The notes beneath the pieces are model-generated. The model was given only the letters and a program-made list of their open reading frames with translations, was not told the DNA's origin and did not search any database. The position numbers and the translations under genes are program-made. A stretch of DNA of 63,975 nt, counting the filler, from Hyphochytrium catenoides (lineage: Eukaryota > Protista > Hyphochytriomycota): NCBI GenBank assembly GCA_900088475.1. It is 10 parts of 10 records of this genome, joined end to end, with 100 filler letters (N's around TTAATTAATTAA, not from the genome) between each part and the next. Parts side by side here need not be neighbours in the genome. Positions count along the whole stretch, not along the records: positions 59,114 to 61,682 come from FLMG01004246.1; positions 61,783 to 63,975 come from FLMG01001345.1; 8 more parts are not named here. The stretch is one strand, 5' to 3'. Below, piece by piece: positions 59,245-63,975 of this stretch. The stretch's first letter is position 1; every line of letters begins with the position of its first letter.

Positions 59245-60194
59245 CAGACAGACAGAGAGAGCGAGAGAGAGAGAGAGAGAGAGAGAGATACAGACAGACA
59301 GACAGACAGACAGACAGAGAGAAAGAGAGAAAGAGAGAGAGATGATATAGCTGTGTAGCTTGGTCTGACAGAACATAGCGAATGCGAGAGATAGAAAAAG
59401 GTCAGTGATGAGAAAGAAAGAGACACAAAGAAGAAAGAAGACAGAGAGAAAGCAGTGGGAAGAGGGAAGAGGGAAGAGACGGGCAAATAGGAGAAAAAAG
59501 AGAGAGAGAGAGAGCGGGGAGGAAAAGAAAGGCGAGGGAAAGACTGAGATTAAGAGAGGGTAGCTACTTACTGGAAAGCGGCAGCTATATAAAGCTCGCG
59601 AGAGAGAAGAGAAGACCGCCAGAGCAAAGTAACTGATGAAAGACAGAACGCAGATCGAGCTCCATGGGAGAGAGATGCTGACGATTGACCGGAGAGGAAG
59701 AAATACTGTGAGGTACTACAGGACAGAGAAAGGATTGAAGAAAAGAGATCATGATGAAAAGAGACTCAGGGAATGACAGGGAGAGAGAGATAGCTAGAGA
59801 GAAAAAGAAATACAGAGAGGTAGGTAGGGAAAGAGAGAGAGAGAGAGAAAGAGAGAAAGCAAAGAGAGACACAGAGAGCGACATGATTGACCTGTTGGCA
59901 GTGGATTCATTAGGCTTTAAATGATAGAAATAATAGAAGATCTGCCCTGCTGTGGGTGGGAGTGCCGATGTTGTCCTCACTCTCTCTCCTCTCCGTGGCC
60001 TGCGTGGTGGACCATCTACCACCTGTAGTTCTCGTCTTTCAGAAGAGAGACATAGATACATGAGGAGAGGAGAAGAGAGAGAGAGAGACAGGAAAGAGAG
60101 AGAGAGAGAGAGAGAGAGAGGAAGTTGGCAGAAGGACCTTTCTTGCCGCCTGATATGGTGTCTCTCGTCTCTCTCCAGAGCTATGACCGCAGTG

Positions 60195-61331
60195 TCACGA
60201 TTGAGGAGCTTCACCGAGGAGCAGACTAGGGCTTCCTGAGACTAGAGCAGGATGCAGCTCCTGTGCGAAGCCTGGGGAATGAGCAGAAGAGAGAGAAGGA
60301 CCACGGCCTGACCCTAACAGCGGCTCTTGGACGGCAGGAGAAGGAGTGGAAGCTTGAGGATGAAGAGGAGCGGACGTAGAAGAGGACGTGTTACTCTTGT
60401 CCTTTCTCTCTCCTGCACCCAGCACTATGTGTTCTCTTGGGGCAGGCTGCAAGCTCTGCTGCCGTCTCTTTCTCTTTATCCTCTTCTGCACGTTGAGGAT
60501 CATGAACTTCTGGACAGTGGTGGTGGCAAAGTAAACTCTCATCGGGGAAGAGTCCTGGACAAGCAACATTGTCGCCGCGTTCTTTCTTCTCTCCCAGATC
60601 TCGTCAAACTGTTTGTTTACCCCGAGGCGCTCCATCAGGTCGTACATCTCTTGCTGTTTCGCGAGATCTCCCTATAAAGAGCAAAAGAGAGAGAGGGAGA
60701 GAGACAGGGAAGAGAGAGTGAGGGAGGGAGAGAGGTGAGAAAGCGACAGAGCAAAGGGAAAAACGAGTAGAAAAACTAGCCTTAGGAGTACTATAGAGAA
60801 AAAAAATAGGGAGCTGGTAACTCTCTTTCTCTATGTTTTCTCTCTCTCTCTCTCTCTCTGTTTGAATGTCTCTCTCTTCTGTCACGACGTCTCTCACTGT
60901 CTTTATCTTTGCAGTGAGATTCCTTGATTCTCTCTGTCTTCTTCTCTCTTCCCTTTGAAGCCTTACCGCACTGAGAACTCTCTGGACAACGACGCGAGTG
61001 ACGTCTTTGAAATGGGCCATCTTGCCGCCGTAGACCGGTAGATTGAGACGGGCTGGATAAACATTCAGTCATGAAAGGAGGGAGAGAGAGAGAGGGAAGA
61101 CAAACGAGCAGTTGACGGAGGAACAAAGAGAAAGAGAGAGAGAGAAAGATAGAGAGAGAGGGGGTGAGAGAGAGAGAGGAAAAAAGGAGAGACAAAAAGA
61201 GAAGCAAGAAAGGGGAGAAGTGAAGGGGATCGATGAAGATGGAAAGAAGGTAAATAGATAGGGAAGGAAACAAGCAAGAACTTTGTCAGAAAGCGCTAGC
61301 GGTGGCCGTTCAAGAGNNNNNNNNNNNNNNN

Positions 61332-61366
<35 letters not shown>

Positions 61367-61682
61367 ACGAGGGAGAGAGAGAAAAGAGAGAGAGAGATCC
61401 ACGCCAAAGGGAAGTAGGAGAGCCCGCCAGGCTCATCACTTACAGATCTCAACCAAGATCTTCCTCCTGGTGTACTGCTTCATCCCTTTATATCCCATCG
61501 GCGGCGACAGCTCTCTAAAGAACTCTACCAGGTCATCCGTCGTGATCAGCCCACTGGCCTTCGGGTCATACTTCGCCCAGAGATCCGTGAAATGCATGAG
61601 CGCCGCGGTGTTGATCGGACTGTCTTCACTGCTATCGCCGATGGCGTCCACGACAATGCCTGAGAAGAGGTTGATGGCGACA
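60195..61682 (-). CDS. Four-domain voltage-gated Ca2+/Na+ channel alpha subunit, C-terminal fragment; exons 61682-61444, 61052-60967, 60671-60195
   Basis: IVS6 end (INLFSGIVVD), EF-hand-like HFTDLWAKYDPKASGLI..ELSPPMG, GPHH-type LNLPVYGGKMAHFKDV..VQRVL and IQ-like YFATTTVQKFM; phases are consistent. Confidence 0.9.
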
Positions 61683-61782
61683 NNNNNNNNNNNNNNNNNN
61701 NNNNNNNNNNNNNNNNNNNNNNNNNNTTAATTAATTAANNNNNNNNNNNNNNNNNNNNNNNNNNNNNNNNNNNNNNNNNNNN
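61683..61782. other. Artificial contig spacer
   Basis: N run + TTAATTAATTAA + N run. Confidence 0.97.
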
Positions 61783-61964
61783 CTCTCTCTCTCTCTCTCT
61801 CTCTGTGTCTCTTTTTCTCAGAATTTCAAGTATATGATCAGCACCTCCATTGTCCAGAGAACACCAGGAGCTGGACTCTCCGCAGCGACGTAAGGGCCAT
61901 CAACGCGAGAAAAGAGGAAGATAGCAAGAAAGAGAGAGAGAGAGAGAAAGCAAGAAACAGAGAG

Positions 61965-61997
<33 letters not shown>

Positions 61998-62165
61998 TAG
62001 GGAAAGAGACAGAGAGCCAGCTTGAATTGGACGGTTGGCGGAAGGAGATGATGAAAGTGCTGAGGGAGATGGGGAGATAGGTAAATTGACACTAGTGAGA
62101 GAGAGAGTGAGAAGGGAAGAGCCAGACAGAAAGAGTGAACGGGGCAAAGAGAGGGAGAGAGGACG

Positions 62166-62197
<32 letters not shown>

Positions 62198-63064
62198 AGG
62201 GGAGAGCCAGAAAGAGAGAGAGAGAAAAGGCAGAACAAGAGATTGAGAGCGAGAGAGAAAAGGAGAGAGAAAGAGAGAGAGCGAGTCGCACAAGTTAAGA
62301 CCAAGAGAACCTAACGTCTCTCTTCTTTTCTTATTTAACGTGCCACCTGCAGCTCTTTCTATTGGAACCCCGAGACTGATGGTGGGCCTCTTCATTTGCC
62401 TCTCTCTCTCTCTCTCTCTAACTCGTTTGTCTCTCTTTCTCTCTCTAACTCGTTTGTCTCTCTCTCTAACTCGTTTGTCTCTCTCTTTCTCTTCTAGGTG
62501 CCTGCACAATAAAGTGGGAGAGCTCCAGCATCGCCTGTGTGGTGGTGGTCTTTGGTGTGGGACTATAGGAAAGAGAAAGAGAGAGAGAAATGCGCTTCTA
62601 TTTTTTTCTTGTCAACTCTCTCTCTCTCTGTGAGAAGAGGAGATTACCAAGACAGAATCAAGGAAACAAAAGGGGAACCTCTGGGCAGAGAGAGAGAGAG
62701 AGAGAGGGAGGACTTTGCAGGAAGAGAGTAGGAAGAGAGTAGGAAGAGAGTGAGAGAAAAGAAAAGAGAGAAGAAAGAGAGAGAGAAAGACTCTTGTGCC
62801 GTGATCTTGCTGCCGTAAGTTTTAAATGGTCTATTATGCTAGTATTTCCCTGATTCTATGGTACAGACAAACGGGTGGAGGTTCAATTAAGAGGAGAGAG
62901 AAGGAGAGAGAGAGAGACAGAAGAAGAGAGAGAGAAAGAGAGAGAGAAAGAAAGAGAGACTAAAGGAAAGAGCGGTAAACAAAGAAATGACAGAGATAGA
63001 TAAGAGGAGAAATCCTCAGATAGGAAAGAGAGAGAGAGAAAAAGAGTCTGAAAGGAAGGGCTTC

Positions 63065-63432
63065 TCATTTGCGATTGCCGACAATCATCTGATAAAGAAC
63101 GTCCTTTGTATACCTGCAGAGGGAAGGAGAGAAAAGAAAAGAGAGAGAGAGAGAGAGACGAGGTTGCGAAGTAGAAGACAGTGCAACGTAATAGGAGAGA
63201 GGTAGAGAGAGAATATAGTAGTACGGCGCGGAGGGTTGTTAGAATGAGAGGAGACAACACAGAGAGAGAGAGAGGGAGAGAGAGAGAAGAGAGAGAGAGA
63301 GGGAAAGGTGATCCGCTTCGGATATGACAGGCAAAAGCGCTCTGTCGGTTCGAAACAAAATATTCCCAGTGGCGGAAGACCGGTAAAAGTAGCATCGCAT
63401 GGGGTGGAGAGAAAGAGAGAAAAAAAAAGAAA

Positions 63433-63474
<42 letters not shown>

Positions 63475-63921
63475 AAAGGTAAGGAGAGGAACAGGGTGCC
63501 GTTCATACTTGAGTCTCTTTGTAACATCTGGCCGTCCAGACCGAGAGAGAACTTCCTGCAACTGCATCGTAGACACTTGCTTCTGCTTATCAATGTACCT
63601 GACAAAGCATAGAGAAAGAGAGAGAGAGAGAGAGAAAAGAAAGAAAGGGAAGAAAAAAGAGCGCCCATGTAGTCGAAGAAGGGTCAGAATATATCTTATA
63701 GCACTGCACGATGTGGATCAGAGAGAGAGAAAGAGAGAGAAAGGCGAGATCGAGCAAGGAATTTAAGAGAAGGCGACTAAAGAGAAGAAAGAGAGAGAGA
63801 GACAGAGAGAGGGAGAGAGAGAGAGAGAGTATATATATATAGAGCTTCAGCTTACGTGACAAGTTGGGCTTCTGAGGAAAGAATAATCTCCGTCTGGTCG
63901 AAAAATTTTGCCTGGACCGTT
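63065..63921 (-). CDS. Polo-like kinase, C-terminal polo-box 2, 5'-partial; exons 63921-63856, 63598-63509, 63113-63065
   Basis: Spliced TVQAKFFDQTEIILSSEAQLVTYIDKQKQVSTMQL..RPDVTKRLKYTKDVLYQM* matches the polo-box 2 consensus (VQxNFxDHTxxIL..VTYID..RLKY); phase-2 GT-AG introns. Confidence 0.88.
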
Positions 63922-63975
63922 CTAAGAACAAAAGTTACGAGAGAGAAAGGATGAGGTCTTGCACAGAGCAGAAAG

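Noticed and set aside
59140-59376. Repeated AGCTT(A/G)GTC(C/T)GACAGAACAT motif and nearby TGATGA/CTGA words as possible C/D snoRNAs
   Set aside because: Only two 20-nt copies, and box spacing and terminal stems do not fit a snoRNA.
1-63975. Many ORFs made of SL/ER dipeptide runs
   Set aside because: They are translations of (CT)n/(GA)n tracts, mostly intronic, and several run through N gaps.

Overview
Eukaryotic DNA, apparently from a unicellular organism with spliceosomal introns and the standard genetic code; the species cannot be named from the sequence. The window is ten unlinked contigs joined by nine artificial 100-nt N/TTAATTAATTAA/N spacers, so adjacency across spacers has no meaning. 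Most ORF-track entries are artefacts of (GA)n/(CT)n microsatellites. Splicing by hand recovers these genes: a transcriptional cyclin (partial), a SCY1-like pseudokinase (partial), a PIP5K-family kinase C-terminus, a PH-DEP protein, allantoicase exon 1, an orphan multi-pass membrane protein, a DUF1264/OBAP protein, an orphan secreted helical protein, a 970-aa group-3 LEA protein, a RING/zinc-finger/Tubby fusion, a 10-exon NOXRED1-like gene with two consecutive GC-AG introns, a four-domain voltage-gated channel C-terminus and a Polo-like kinase polo-box 2. Mobile DNA includes decayed Ty1/copia RT and RNase H, nested solo LTRs (the inner one carries a tRNA-like segment) and a decayed Crypton-type tyrosine recombinase. 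The best leads are (1) the variant-RING-Tubby fusion as a candidate self-contained ubiquitin ligase, (2) recurrent complementary 5'-(GA)n and 3'-(CT)n blocks in introns, suggesting fold-back structured introns, (3) the tRNA-bearing LTR and (4) the Crypton relic. All family assignments come from motif recognition by eye; no searches were run.
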